Shown here in pieces: positions 28,479-37,037 of a stretch of DNA of 64,000 bases. The notes under the pieces are model-generated. The model saw nothing but the letters and a program-made list of their open reading frames with translations, was not told the origin of the DNA and made no database searches. A program made the position numbers and the translations under genes. This DNA comes from an uncultured Fibrobacterota bacterium (GTDB lineage Bacteria > Fibrobacterota > Chitinivibrionia > Chitinivibrionales > FEN-1185), in the NCBI GenBank assembly GCA_963753345.1, contig CAVWBU010000018.1, positions 1 through 64,000 of the forward strand. The letters are read 5' to 3'. Position 1 is the first letter of the stretch; every line of letters starts with the position of its first letter.

Positions 28479-28754
28479 TGCGATAATCTCCTGTGGCGCG
28501 ATTAATGTCTTTTTTGTTGTTTCAATGTCCCACGCACCCACTCGCCGTACGCGCCTAATATATCGCCACCCGACGGAAGCCACTACGGAGTCTTCAGGAC
28601 ATGACGGGTGGCGCAACCGTCATGTAAAGCGGGCATGGCGCGGCTGCGTGTGTTGTTCGACGAGACTGGGCTTCTTGCGCGGGCAAATGTAACGAAATCA
28701 ATAGGAAGCCTGTAAAATAATTTACATAAGCAAATACATTAATTCATACTACAC

Positions 28755-30020
28755 TCATTTTATTACAAAGAATGACGACGTCAGTTTAGTATTACAGCCA
28801 GAAATAGACAAAAAGTACATACCAGTTGAAAGCCTTGACCTAGAAATATTAAGAATGCCATAACGAGCATCATGTCTAGCAGAATAAATCTTTCGACCGG
28901 CAGTATTGAAAATCTCGACGGCAAAGAGTTCGTTAGACGAATTTGGTAAGGATACTACAATCTTGTTTGAAGTGACGTTGAGTCTGAACCCACTGGCAAA
29001 TGTTTTCTTTCTAATCAGACTGGCGCTCGTCATACTTGGGGGCAGCGTCCAAAAGACATTATCCATTGTTAATATCTCTCCCGTAACGAATGGAGCCATA
29101 CTAACTTCAAGGAAATAATCGACATTGCTTAAGTCGCACGTTGCAGCCCATGCGGAAAGGGGAAGTACCAAATCATGCCATTTGCCGTCACCTAAAAAAC
29201 CAACAGATGAAGCGCTTATCCAATTCTGAGCACTATGCGTATAGTTTTCAACATTCATGACGAAATCTGTAGCGACTGTACTTTTCGCAGACACATGAAG
29301 TGTGCAATTCGCATAGGCCGACATATCGATGCCGACCAAAGCCCCGCCTGGAAAATTTGCCCATCCGAAACCGCCCCAGCCTACGTTTCCAGCCGTAATT
29401 GCTATCGCATGAGAAGCTCCATTTTCTCCTAATGAATCAGTAGAATCAATTGAACAGGTATTAGACCACGCAATAAGCTGGACGGTAGCATTTGGGGGAG
29501 TAACGCTCATTCTTGTGCGTTCAAAGAGTCCAAAAACAGGAGGTAGCGTACACAAAGCAGTTATTCGAAAAACCACATTAGGTCTATCTTGGCCAAACAC
29601 GCGAGCCGTAACAGTTCCCTTTCGACCACATTGAAAAAACATTCCGGCATAGGCAGCATCAGTTCCTAATATTCGCAATGGATTGGGGCTTGCATTCCAT
29701 GTCTTGCCGCTGTCGAGTGAAATTGATAATGAACATTGGACAAATACCGATGTGTCTTGCGGAACAGTAAAACGTATCCGACAATCTCTGCTTGATCTTT
29801 GTTGCAAGAGGCCATTGACATCGTACCATGAACTATCGCTGTTCCAAATAGTATCCACAGAAATTGGAACAGTACCAGATCCGCTATTGGCCTTTACACC
29901 CGCCTGGAATGTAAAGGCTACGGTCTGACCTGTATCTTTGAAACAAACTGATTGGCCAAAACACACGCTGGAGTAGGCAAGAAACAATAAGAATGTAGCT
30001 TTGAGGCTGGAGAACATATA
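28755..30020 (-). CDS. Secreted protein with carbohydrate-binding-like domain and T9SS-like C-terminal sorting domain (first cassette)
   Basis: Probable start MFSSLK after a G-rich RBS; WGGFGW...DMSAY...DGKWHDLVLPLSAW; CTD IFNTAGRKI...LSTGMYFL. Confidence 0.75.
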   Translation of the reverse strand, partial: YMFSSLKATFLLFLAYSSVCFGQSVCFKDTGQTVAFTFQAGVKANSGSGTVPISVDTIWNSDSSWYDVNGLLQQRSSRDCRIRFTVPQDTSVFVQCSLSISLDSGKTWNASPNPLRILGTDAAYAGMFFQCGRKGTVTARVFGQDRPNVVFRITALCTLPPVFGLFERTRMSVTPPNATVQLIAWSNTCSIDSTDSLGENGASHAIAITAGNVGWGGFGWANFPGGALVGIDMSAYANCTLHVSAKSTVATDFVMNVENYTHSAQNWISASSVGFLGDGKWHDLVLPLSAWAATCDLSNVDYFLEVSMAPFVTGEILTMDNVFWTLPPSMTSASLIRKKTFASGFRLNVTSNKIVVSLPNSSNELFAVEIFNTAGRKIYSARHDARYGILNISRSRLSTGMYFLSISGCNTKLTSSFFVIK

Positions 30021-30316
30021 CCCCCCCTTCGATTGCAAGTTTATCAGAATATTCTTTTGGCGTTTGTTGAACACCATATTATACTGAAATAATTCTGGTT
30101 TGTCCAGAGTATATTAAGACAAAGATATGCATATTGAATTTGCTTTCAACTTAAAATCCCGCGCGATTCCTTTTGCCCAGGCTTGTTGTACTAACTATTG
30201 CATTATTGCCTTTTAATAATGTCTTTTCTTATTAAATTATTTCCTTTAATTAGTTTCTTTCTCGCGCCACATTCCTGCGCGCCTCTTTTTAATAAGCGCG
30301 CATCTTATTTGACGCA

Positions 30317-30355
30317 GCAGAACAGATATTAGATATCAAACAACATATTGAATAT
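30317..30355 (-). other. attI site (crossover G|TTCTGC at 30323/30322)
   Basis: cgcagcagaac is the reverse complement of the first cassette's gttctgctgcg; no attC follows; lies upstream of intI. Confidence 0.8.
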
Positions 30356-30459
30356 TTGTGCAGAAGGCATATCCAATATTATATTAAACGATATATTCAA
30401 TATACCGTCTCAGATGCACAATGGTGGTATTCATCTGCCCCTTGAAAATGCCATGGGCT

Positions 30460-30716
30460 TGAACGGATATAACATCTTTGCTTCACAACTGCCGCTCCAA
30501 GGGTGCGCGCTTGTGTTTAGCCAATTCCAAATTTTTACCCTCTCCGTGCCGCGACCCTTGGAAGTACCCGAAGGGGTAGAGAGGGGCGGGGTGAGGTTGT
30601 TTCGGTCTTGCCGCAGGTCCCACCACGCTGCACCCCGCGAAGCTCCTAAAGGCATTTTGATTTTATCATTTATAAATTGTAAAAGTCAACTGTCGGATGG
30701 ATACTTTATCAATACA
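30460..30716 (-). repeat. Intergenic repeat module M3 (second copy inverted at 61685-61859) with an internal REP-like insert
   Basis: Long blocks match the reverse complement of 61685-61859. Confidence 0.85.
30660..30689 (-). promoter_or_regulatory. Candidate cassette promoter Pc
   Basis: TTGACT-18 bp-TAAAAT with an extended -10 TG, facing attI. Confidence 0.5.
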
Positions 30717-30733
30717 TCCCGGAGGATATCGCC

Positions 30734-32029
30734 ATGAACTCCGTTGTCCCTTCCTCGTTCTGGCAGTCGTATACCGCAACACTCCAAAAACTAGGTATTC
30801 CTTATCCCAAAAGCAAGTTTTATGTCCTGTGGGTAAAGCGCTTTGCTGCGTTCTTGAATGGCGTGCCTTTTGAGCAGGCTTCTCAGGAAATGGTTTTGGC
30901 ATTCCTTAATGGTCTTGAGAAGGACGAGCAGATTGCCGATTGGCAGGTGGAACAGGCGCGGCACAGCATCGAGATCCTTCTCAACGAACACCTCAAGCTT
31001 AACCTCCGGGAATCCGGTCGGCTCCAGGAGAGTTTCACCGATTCGGTTGACGACAGTGAAAAACTGCTCAAGGTTCATGGCGGTCTCATCAAGCGGTTTG
31101 CGTCCGAAATCCGGGTACGCCACTATTCGATACGGACGGAAGACGCGTATCTGTTTTGGATAAAGCGGTTTCTTTCCTTTCACCTGCTTAAGAATCCCGA
31201 AAACCTCGGGGCTCCGGAAATCAGGCGGTACCTCACGTATCTTGCGGAAAAGCGGAAAGTTTCCGCCTCGACGCAGAATCAGGCGCTCAACGCCATTGTT
31301 TTTCTTTATTCCCAGGTGTTAAAACAGAATCCCGGTGACTTTGCCGATTTCTCTCTTGCCAAGCGGCCTGTTCGCGTGCCCACGGTCCTTACCAAAGACG
31401 AAACCAACCGGCTTCTCGAAAGGCTGGACGGTGTGTGGCGTGTGATGGCCGGGCTCCTGTGGGGCGCCGGGCTGAGGGTGATGGAATGCGTCCGGCTTCG
31501 GGTGCAGGACATAGACTTTGATATGCAGCGGATAATCGTCCGGGACGGCAAGGGCGCCAAGGACAGGATCACCATGCTGCCCGCGCGGTTTGTTGCGCCG
31601 CTCAGGGAGCAGCTTGCGAATGCGAAAAAGTTGTTCGCCGGGGACCGGGCCGCTAAGATTGCGGGAGTGTATCTTTGGGATTCAATCGAGCGCAAGTTTC
31701 CGAACGCGGCGAGGGAATGGATATGGCAGTATGTTTTCCCGTCCGAAAAGCTTTCGGTTGACCCCCGCAACCGCACGGTCCGGCGGCACCACCTCGACCC
31801 GAACGTGCTCCAGCGCCGCATCAAGCAGGCCGCGCTGGACGCGGGCATTGCCAAGCGCGTGAGCTGTCACACCCTGCGTCATTCCTTCGCCACGCACCTC
31901 CTCAAGAACGGCGCCGACATCCGCACCGTGCAGGAGCTTCTCGGCCATTCCGATGTGTCAACAACCATGATCTACACCCACGTCCTCAACCGGCCGGGCG
32001 TGCCGGTTCCGAGTCCGGCTGATGCTTAG
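30734..32029 (+). CDS. intI: Integron integrase (long form with extra N-terminal SAM-like domain)
   Basis: GLRVME, GKGAKDR, HTLRHSFATHLL, LGH and TMIYTH, plus the IntI-specific insert VYLWDSIERKFPNAAREWIWQYVFPS; ggagga RBS. Confidence 0.97.
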   Translation: MNSVVPSSFWQSYTATLQKLGIPYPKSKFYVLWVKRFAAFLNGVPFEQASQEMVLAFLNGLEKDEQIADWQVEQARHSIEILLNEHLKLNLRESGRLQESFTDSVDDSEKLLKVHGGLIKRFASEIRVRHYSIRTEDAYLFWIKRFLSFHLLKNPENLGAPEIRRYLTYLAEKRKVSASTQNQALNAIVFLYSQVLKQNPGDFADFSLAKRPVRVPTVLTKDETNRLLERLDGVWRVMAGLLWGAGLRVMECVRLRVQDIDFDMQRIIVRDGKGAKDRITMLPARFVAPLREQLANAKKLFAGDRAAKIAGVYLWDSIERKFPNAAREWIWQYVFPSEKLSVDPRNRTVRRHHLDPNVLQRRIKQAALDAGIAKRVSCHTLRHSFATHLLKNGADIRTVQELLGHSDVSTTMIYTHVLNRPGVPVPSPADA

Positions 32030-32058
32030 AGAAAATTTCAAATATTAATACCCATTTA

Positions 32059-32465
32059 TGGGGGGAGGTATCCCCCTCGCTCCGGTCCGGCCCGCTCCCT
32101 CAAATAATTACATAATTTCAAACGCGTGCCGGTCCTCCGCTACCCCCTCCTGGGTGCACCCCTTGACAGAGCGGTTGCAAAACCAAACACCTGTGCGGGG
32201 GCACCCACGAGCAGCGGTTGAAAAAAAGCCGAACAAGTTGACGGTTGCCAGTTGACAGATAAATGCCAAGCGTATGCTGATCGGCGCAAGAAGATCAATT
32301 GACAAAAGCAATTCCTGTTGCCGCGCGTTAGGGGCGACCGGAGGTCCCGCCGAAGCGGGATGCCGCCCGGACCCGGCCGCGTACCCGCGGCATAGGGCTG
32401 TGGCGGCCCGAGGGCGAGCCCGAGACCGGAGGGAGAACCGACCCCGCGTAGCGGGGGAACGCCCA
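32059..32465 (+). repeat. Modular intergenic repeat (MITE-like), copy A
   Basis: tgggggagg.tccccctcgctccgg...ggtcctccgctacccc...ttgaca..tgccgcgcgtta...ggggaacgccca. Confidence 0.85.
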
Positions 32466-32573
32466 TTTTTAATTAATTTTTATCTTCATAGTTTTGTTTG
32501 CTGATTCACCCCTGTTTCTTTATATTTTGATCGTACGATGCAAGAATAACAAACTATTGAAAAGGAGACCATC

Positions 32574-33719
32574 ATGATTTTCAGACGATCCGGCATCGTA
32601 ATTGTCGCGGCGGTCCTCGCTCTGGCGTCCGGCGCATACACGGTTAGTGCCCAGACATGGGACACGCTTCACAAATCGGAATATTCGGTGTGGGTGACGC
32701 CGGATTACAACCTGGCCGCCTGCACCGCCTACGCAAACAACCTTGACTCGGTGGCAACCGAGCTCGACAAGGCGATCCCGCTCATCGTGCAGTATCTGGG
32801 AATTGCGCCGCCGGAAAAGCCGCAGAGGGTCGAGATCGATTCGAACACAGCCGGCATGGGCGGTTGGTCCTCCGGCGGGGATGTCGGGTATTTTATCTCC
32901 GATTTCTACGGTCGCCCGACTTTCAGCGACGGCCTCCGGTGGAAACGGGGCGTGATCATCGGCGAGGTGATCAACTCGACCACGGGCGCGGTGAGCGGCG
33001 ACTGGCCCCGCGACTGGTGGTGCGACGACGTATGGTATTTTCCGGGTTTCGTGGCCGGCGAGCTGCTCAAGCAGACCGTCGACACCGCATTCGGAAACTA
33101 CTGGCTTGCAAGCGAGAAATACCCGACGTATCCGGTATACAATATCTTCAAGGGCCTGCTCACGGAATTCGGCTGGACGTTTTACAAGAATTTTTTCGCG
33201 TCCGTTCTCGCCGACACCGTGCATTGGAACAACATCGGCGCGAACCCTTCACAGATAAAGACCGACTATGTGATCGCCTATATGAGCCTTGCCGCGGGCC
33301 GGAACCTCGGCGCGACATTCGACAGCGCAAACGTCGCTGGCGCGGATTCTGTGGAGATCGGCGCGATCATGAGCGTCGAAGAGCGGCTCCGCGTGGCGAC
33401 ATCGCAGAAACTCAAGGTCGCCACGGCATGGGCCGATTACCGCAGCGGCAACTACGCTGCGGCGAAACACATTCTGGACAGCCTGGGTGTGGCGGGAGTC
33501 CTCCATGATGGTTTTGTCAAGGACAGGGGAATATCCGGCAGAGTGCCGGTAAGCGTTATAGTGTATTCGCTGAAAGGACAGGTCCTGTATTCCGCGTCGG
33601 AAAGCAAATTCGATGGCGCGATGTTGAACAGGTTATGCGGCGGAAAGATGGTCGTCGTCAGGTATGTGTTTGATGACGGATTGACGTATAGTTCAAAGCG
33701 GTTTATCTCTAGAAATTAA
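32574..33719 (+). CDS. Secreted hypothetical protein with C-terminal sorting-like domain
   Basis: aggag RBS, signal peptide, VIVYSLKGQVL near the C-terminus. Confidence 0.8.
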   Translation: MIFRRSGIVIVAAVLALASGAYTVSAQTWDTLHKSEYSVWVTPDYNLAACTAYANNLDSVATELDKAIPLIVQYLGIAPPEKPQRVEIDSNTAGMGGWSSGGDVGYFISDFYGRPTFSDGLRWKRGVIIGEVINSTTGAVSGDWPRDWWCDDVWYFPGFVAGELLKQTVDTAFGNYWLASEKYPTYPVYNIFKGLLTEFGWTFYKNFFASVLADTVHWNNIGANPSQIKTDYVIAYMSLAAGRNLGATFDSANVAGADSVEIGAIMSVEERLRVATSQKLKVATAWADYRSGNYAAAKHILDSLGVAGVLHDGFVKDRGISGRVPVSVIVYSLKGQVLYSASESKFDGAMLNRLCGGKMVVVRYVFDDGLTYSSKRFISRN

Positions 33720-33740
33720 TGTTACAGTTATAAGAAGAAT

Positions 33741-34181
33741 TGGGCGTTCCCCTCGCTGCGTTCGGGTCGGTTCTCCTTCCGGTCTCGGCCTCCGGCCTCG
33801 GGCTGCCTGCCACGAGGGCCCTGCGGGCCGTAGTCAGGCAGCACCGCGCTTTGGCGCGGCCTCCAGTCGCCCCTAACGCGCGGCAGAGGGAATCTATTCT
33901 GTCAATTTACTGTTCTTACGCCAATCGGCATACGCTTGGAATTTACTGTCAACTGTCAACCGTCAACTTGTTCATGGTTTTCTTCTCAACTATTCAACGT
34001 TTCAACGCTTTTTCTTCTCAACCGCTCTCCCTGGGTGCCGCCACAACAATGCAGGGTCTCGCAGCTGCTTTGTCAAGGCGGCTACCCGAGAGGGGGGTAG
34101 CGGAGGACCGGTCGCGCATAATCACAAAGCCGGTTTGTAAAGTTGCGCGACCGGGCCGCAGCGAGGGGGAAACTTCCCCCA
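33741..34181 (-). repeat. Modular intergenic repeat, copy B
   Basis: Same motifs inverted; 12-bp sub-terminal IR cccctcgctgcg. Confidence 0.85.
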
Positions 34182-34212
34182 CTTTGAAGTATTTAAATTC
34201 TTTTTCGATACT

Positions 34213-35397
34213 TTATTTCGGAATTGCATTCTTAATATCCTCGATCAGGTCCTCCGTGTTCTCCACGCCGAGCGCGAGCCGGATAAGCCCGTCTTTTATG
34301 CCCACGGCCAGGCGCTCCTTGCGCGTGTAGTCGTAGTAGCTTATCGAGGCCGGATGGGTGATGAGCGATTCGACCCCGCCGAGGCTTGGGCCGATGTTGA
34401 TGATCTGCAGCGCGGACAGAAATTTGTGCACGTACTGCACGTTGTCCCTGACTTCAAAGGTGACCACGCCGCCAAAGCCCTTCATCTGGCGCATTGCCAC
34501 GTCGTGGTGCGGATGGCTTGCAAGGCCGGGATAATACACGCGCCGGATTGCCGGGTGGGCTTCGAGGAATTCGGCGACCGCCTGGCCGTTTTCGTTGTGG
34601 CGCTTCATGCGCAGCTCAAAGGTCTTGAGCCCGCGGATGAGGAGGTACGAGGAATGCGGATCGATCACGCCGCCGGTCACCTTGAGGTAATCCCGAATGG
34701 GCGAGGTGAGTTCCTTTTTGCCAAGCACCACGCCGGCAAGAAGGTCGTTGTGCCCGCCCAGGTACTTGGTGGCGCTGTGGATCACGAGGTGCACGCCGAA
34801 ATCGAGCGGCCGCTGGTTGTAGGGCGTTGCGAACGTGCTGTCCGAAATCACCATGATGTCCGGCCGCGACGAAAAAATGGTCATGAGCCGTTCGAGGTCC
34901 ATGATGTTGAGATACGGATTGGTGGGCGACTCGGACAGAAAAATGCGGGTGTTCTTCCGTATCGCGCGCTTGATCGCGTCGTAATCGCACATTTTGACCA
35001 CGGTGCAGGCGATGTCGAACTTGATAAGCCTGGTCTTGCAGAAATCGAACGTCCGCTTGTAGGCGTCGTCGGTGACGATCATATGATCGCCGGCGTTGAG
35101 CAGCGCGAACAGCGACGTGGTGAGAGCGCTCATGCCCGAGGAGAAAAGGACCGCGTCCTCCGCGGCTTCGAGCGCAGCCAGCTTTCCTTCCGCGGCATAT
35201 TGCGTGGGATGGCCGTACCGGCCGTATTCGTAGCGGGTCTTCGCGCCTTGGGCAAGCTCCCGGATTTCCTTGGTGTTCTTGAAAATAAACGTGGAGCTCT
35301 GCACGATGGGCGTGGTGATGGCGCCGTACTCGTTGTACCGGACCTCTCCGGCATGCACGGCAAGCGTCGAAAGACCCATGCTTTTCTTCTTGGACAT
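34213..35397 (-). CDS. metB: Cys/Met metabolism PLP enzyme (cystathionine gamma-synthase-like)
   Basis: YGRYGHPT, FSSGM, ESPTNP, DSTFATP, HSATKYLGGH, SLGGVESL; exact subfamily uncertain. Confidence 0.8.
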   Translation of the reverse strand: MSKKKSMGLSTLAVHAGEVRYNEYGAITTPIVQSSTFIFKNTKEIRELAQGAKTRYEYGRYGHPTQYAAEGKLAALEAAEDAVLFSSGMSALTTSLFALLNAGDHMIVTDDAYKRTFDFCKTRLIKFDIACTVVKMCDYDAIKRAIRKNTRIFLSESPTNPYLNIMDLERLMTIFSSRPDIMVISDSTFATPYNQRPLDFGVHLVIHSATKYLGGHNDLLAGVVLGKKELTSPIRDYLKVTGGVIDPHSSYLLIRGLKTFELRMKRHNENGQAVAEFLEAHPAIRRVYYPGLASHPHHDVAMRQMKGFGGVVTFEVRDNVQYVHKFLSALQIINIGPSLGGVESLITHPASISYYDYTRKERLAVGIKDGLIRLALGVENTEDLIEDIKNAIPK

Positions 35398-35475
35398 ACT
35401 GTTGCTCCGATGATGAGAAAGGTTTTCGCGATTATTGACAAAAGCGATGCTGATTGTCGGCCATTTGCAAACCCG

Positions 35476-35820
35476 CTATCCCGGCGGCCATCCCAGTTCG
35501 CGTCCCGCAAGGATATGCGCGTGCAGGTGCGGCACGAGCTGGCCCGCGTGCTCGCCCGCATTGATCACAAGGCGGTAGCCGTTTTTCGCCAGTCCCTGGC
35601 CCGAAACCGTCTTCGCGATTGCTTCAAAAAAGTTCTTCATAACGTCCATCTTCTGCGCCGGAATGTCCTGCACGGTCGGGAAATGCTCCTTTGGTATCGC
35701 CACGAGGTGCACCGGCGCCGCGGGGTTGATGTCCTTAAAGACAAGCGTGCTTTCGTCTTCGTACACTTTTGATGATGGGATTTGTCCGGATACTATTTTA
35801 CAAAAAATGCAATCTGACAT
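35476..35820 (-). CDS. hinT: Histidine triad nucleotide-binding protein
   Basis: CIFCKI...GQLVPHLHAHILAGR..GWPPG. Confidence 0.93.
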   Translation of the reverse strand: MSDCIFCKIVSGQIPSSKVYEDESTLVFKDINPAAPVHLVAIPKEHFPTVQDIPAQKMDVMKNFFEAIAKTVSGQGLAKNGYRLVINAGEHAGQLVPHLHAHILAGRELGWPPG

Positions 35821-35854
35821 TTTCAATTCTCCTTTTTAAATAATCAAAAAAGAT

Positions 35855-36511
35855 TGGGCGTTCCCCTCGCTCCGCTCGGGTCGGTCTCCCTGCGGGCTCG
35901 GCTGTTCGCCTCGTTGCCGGACCGCCCTATGCCTGTCGGCCGGGTCGGCCGGCAATTCGCTCCTGCTCACCCTCCGGTCCACCTAACGCGCGGCAACAGG
36001 AATCTATTCTGTCAACCTCATCTTTACGCCAATTGGCATTCGCAGAACTGTCGCCTCACCCCGGCCGCTGTTGCGGCCACCCCTCTCCCTACAAAATAAG
36101 ATTCTATATTTTCTCCCTCTCCCCGTGGGAGAGGGCGGGGTGAGGTTGGAGAGGGGTAACGTGCATTGTTCTCTTCATATTCCCGGGGCGTTGCCCCGGG
36201 CTATAAATATTGCGCCACGATGTGGCTGAAAAACAAGAATGATACATGAAAGATGGAATACAGAATTCCACCGTTGCCGATTGTCTACTGCGCTTTGCTG
36301 GTTTTCAACTTCTCAACTACTCAACTTTCTCAACTATTCTCCGTGGGTGCCCCCACACAGGTGCTTGGTTTTGCAACCGCTCCCTCAAGGGGTGCACCCA
36401 GGAGGGGGTGTGGGCCCGGACAACCGGCGTGCTTTCTGTTCTCAGGACGAATGACTATTCGCCAAAATCAACACGCCGGTTGGCTGGGCCCCAGGGGGAT
36501 ACCTCCCCCCA
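35855..36511 (-). repeat. Modular intergenic repeat, copy C (with REP-like inserts)
   Basis: Same termini and blocks; carries cctcacccc/ccctctccc and cccggggcgttgccccggg modules. Confidence 0.85.
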
Positions 36512-36557
36512 TATATAATGTCTTAATTATATAATATAAATTGTATTTTCTAACCAA

Positions 36558-37037
36558 ATGAAAACCCCTTCAGACCCGAAGCCCATAAAGGTCCTTGCCC
36601 AGAACCGCAAGGCGTTTCACGACTTCGAAATCCTTGAAAAAGTCGAGGCAGGCATTGCGCTGCTCGGCGCCGAGGTGAAGTCGCTGCGCGAGGGCGGGAT
36701 CTCGCTTGCCGACTGCTTTGCCACGTGCGAAAACGGCGAGCTGTTCGTGCATCACCTGCACATAAGCCCCTATCAGCAGAAGGGGTTCAGCGTCGCCGAA
36801 CCGTACCGGAAACGCAAGCTGCTGCTTCACAAGAGCCAGATCGTGCGGCTGGCCCTGGACGTGGAAAGAAAACATCTTACGATAATACCGCTTAAGGTAT
36901 ATTTTGATAAACAATGGGTCAAAATGGAACTCGGGCTGTGCCGCGGCATGAAAAAGTTTGACAAACGTGAAAAAATCGCAGCCGAGGAATCCAAGAGGCG
37001 TCTTGCCCAGCTCATGAGGACCCGCGGAAAACGGTGA
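36558..37037 (+). CDS. smpB: SsrA-binding protein
   Basis: NRKAFHDF...EAGIALLGAEVKSLR...RKLLLH...DKRE. Confidence 0.97.
   Translation: MKTPSDPKPIKVLAQNRKAFHDFEILEKVEAGIALLGAEVKSLREGGISLADCFATCENGELFVHHLHISPYQQKGFSVAEPYRKRKLLLHKSQIVRLALDVERKHLTIIPLKVYFDKQWVKMELGLCRGMKKFDKREKIAAEESKRRLAQLMRTRGKR

Larger units (their letters stand above)
1..32029. mobile_element. Large chromosomal integron (intI + attI + at least 30-cassette array on the minus strand, continuing off the left edge)
   Basis: Integron integrase divergent from an array of short AT-rich minus-strand ORFs. Each ORF is separated by an imperfect palindrome ...AAC//GTT..., and the two core ends of each cassette are reverse complements or nearly so. 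Confidence 0.97.

Noticed and set aside
28585-28600. CUGAAGA on the minus strand as a hammerhead ribozyme core
   Set aside because: No downstream stem II plus GAAA could be found.
1-30322. Group IIC-attC intron or classical type II toxin-antitoxin cassettes
   Set aside because: No reverse transcriptase, domain V motif or recognisable TA pair was seen in this part of the array.
30690-30706. LexA box before intI
   Set aside because: ctgt-N8-tact does not complete CTGT-N8-ACAG. A lineage-specific box cannot be excluded.
35855-36511. tmRNA or RNase P RNA next to smpB
   Set aside because: No tRNA-like ends, tag ORF or GAGGAAAGTCC motif; the region is a copy of the dispersed repeat.
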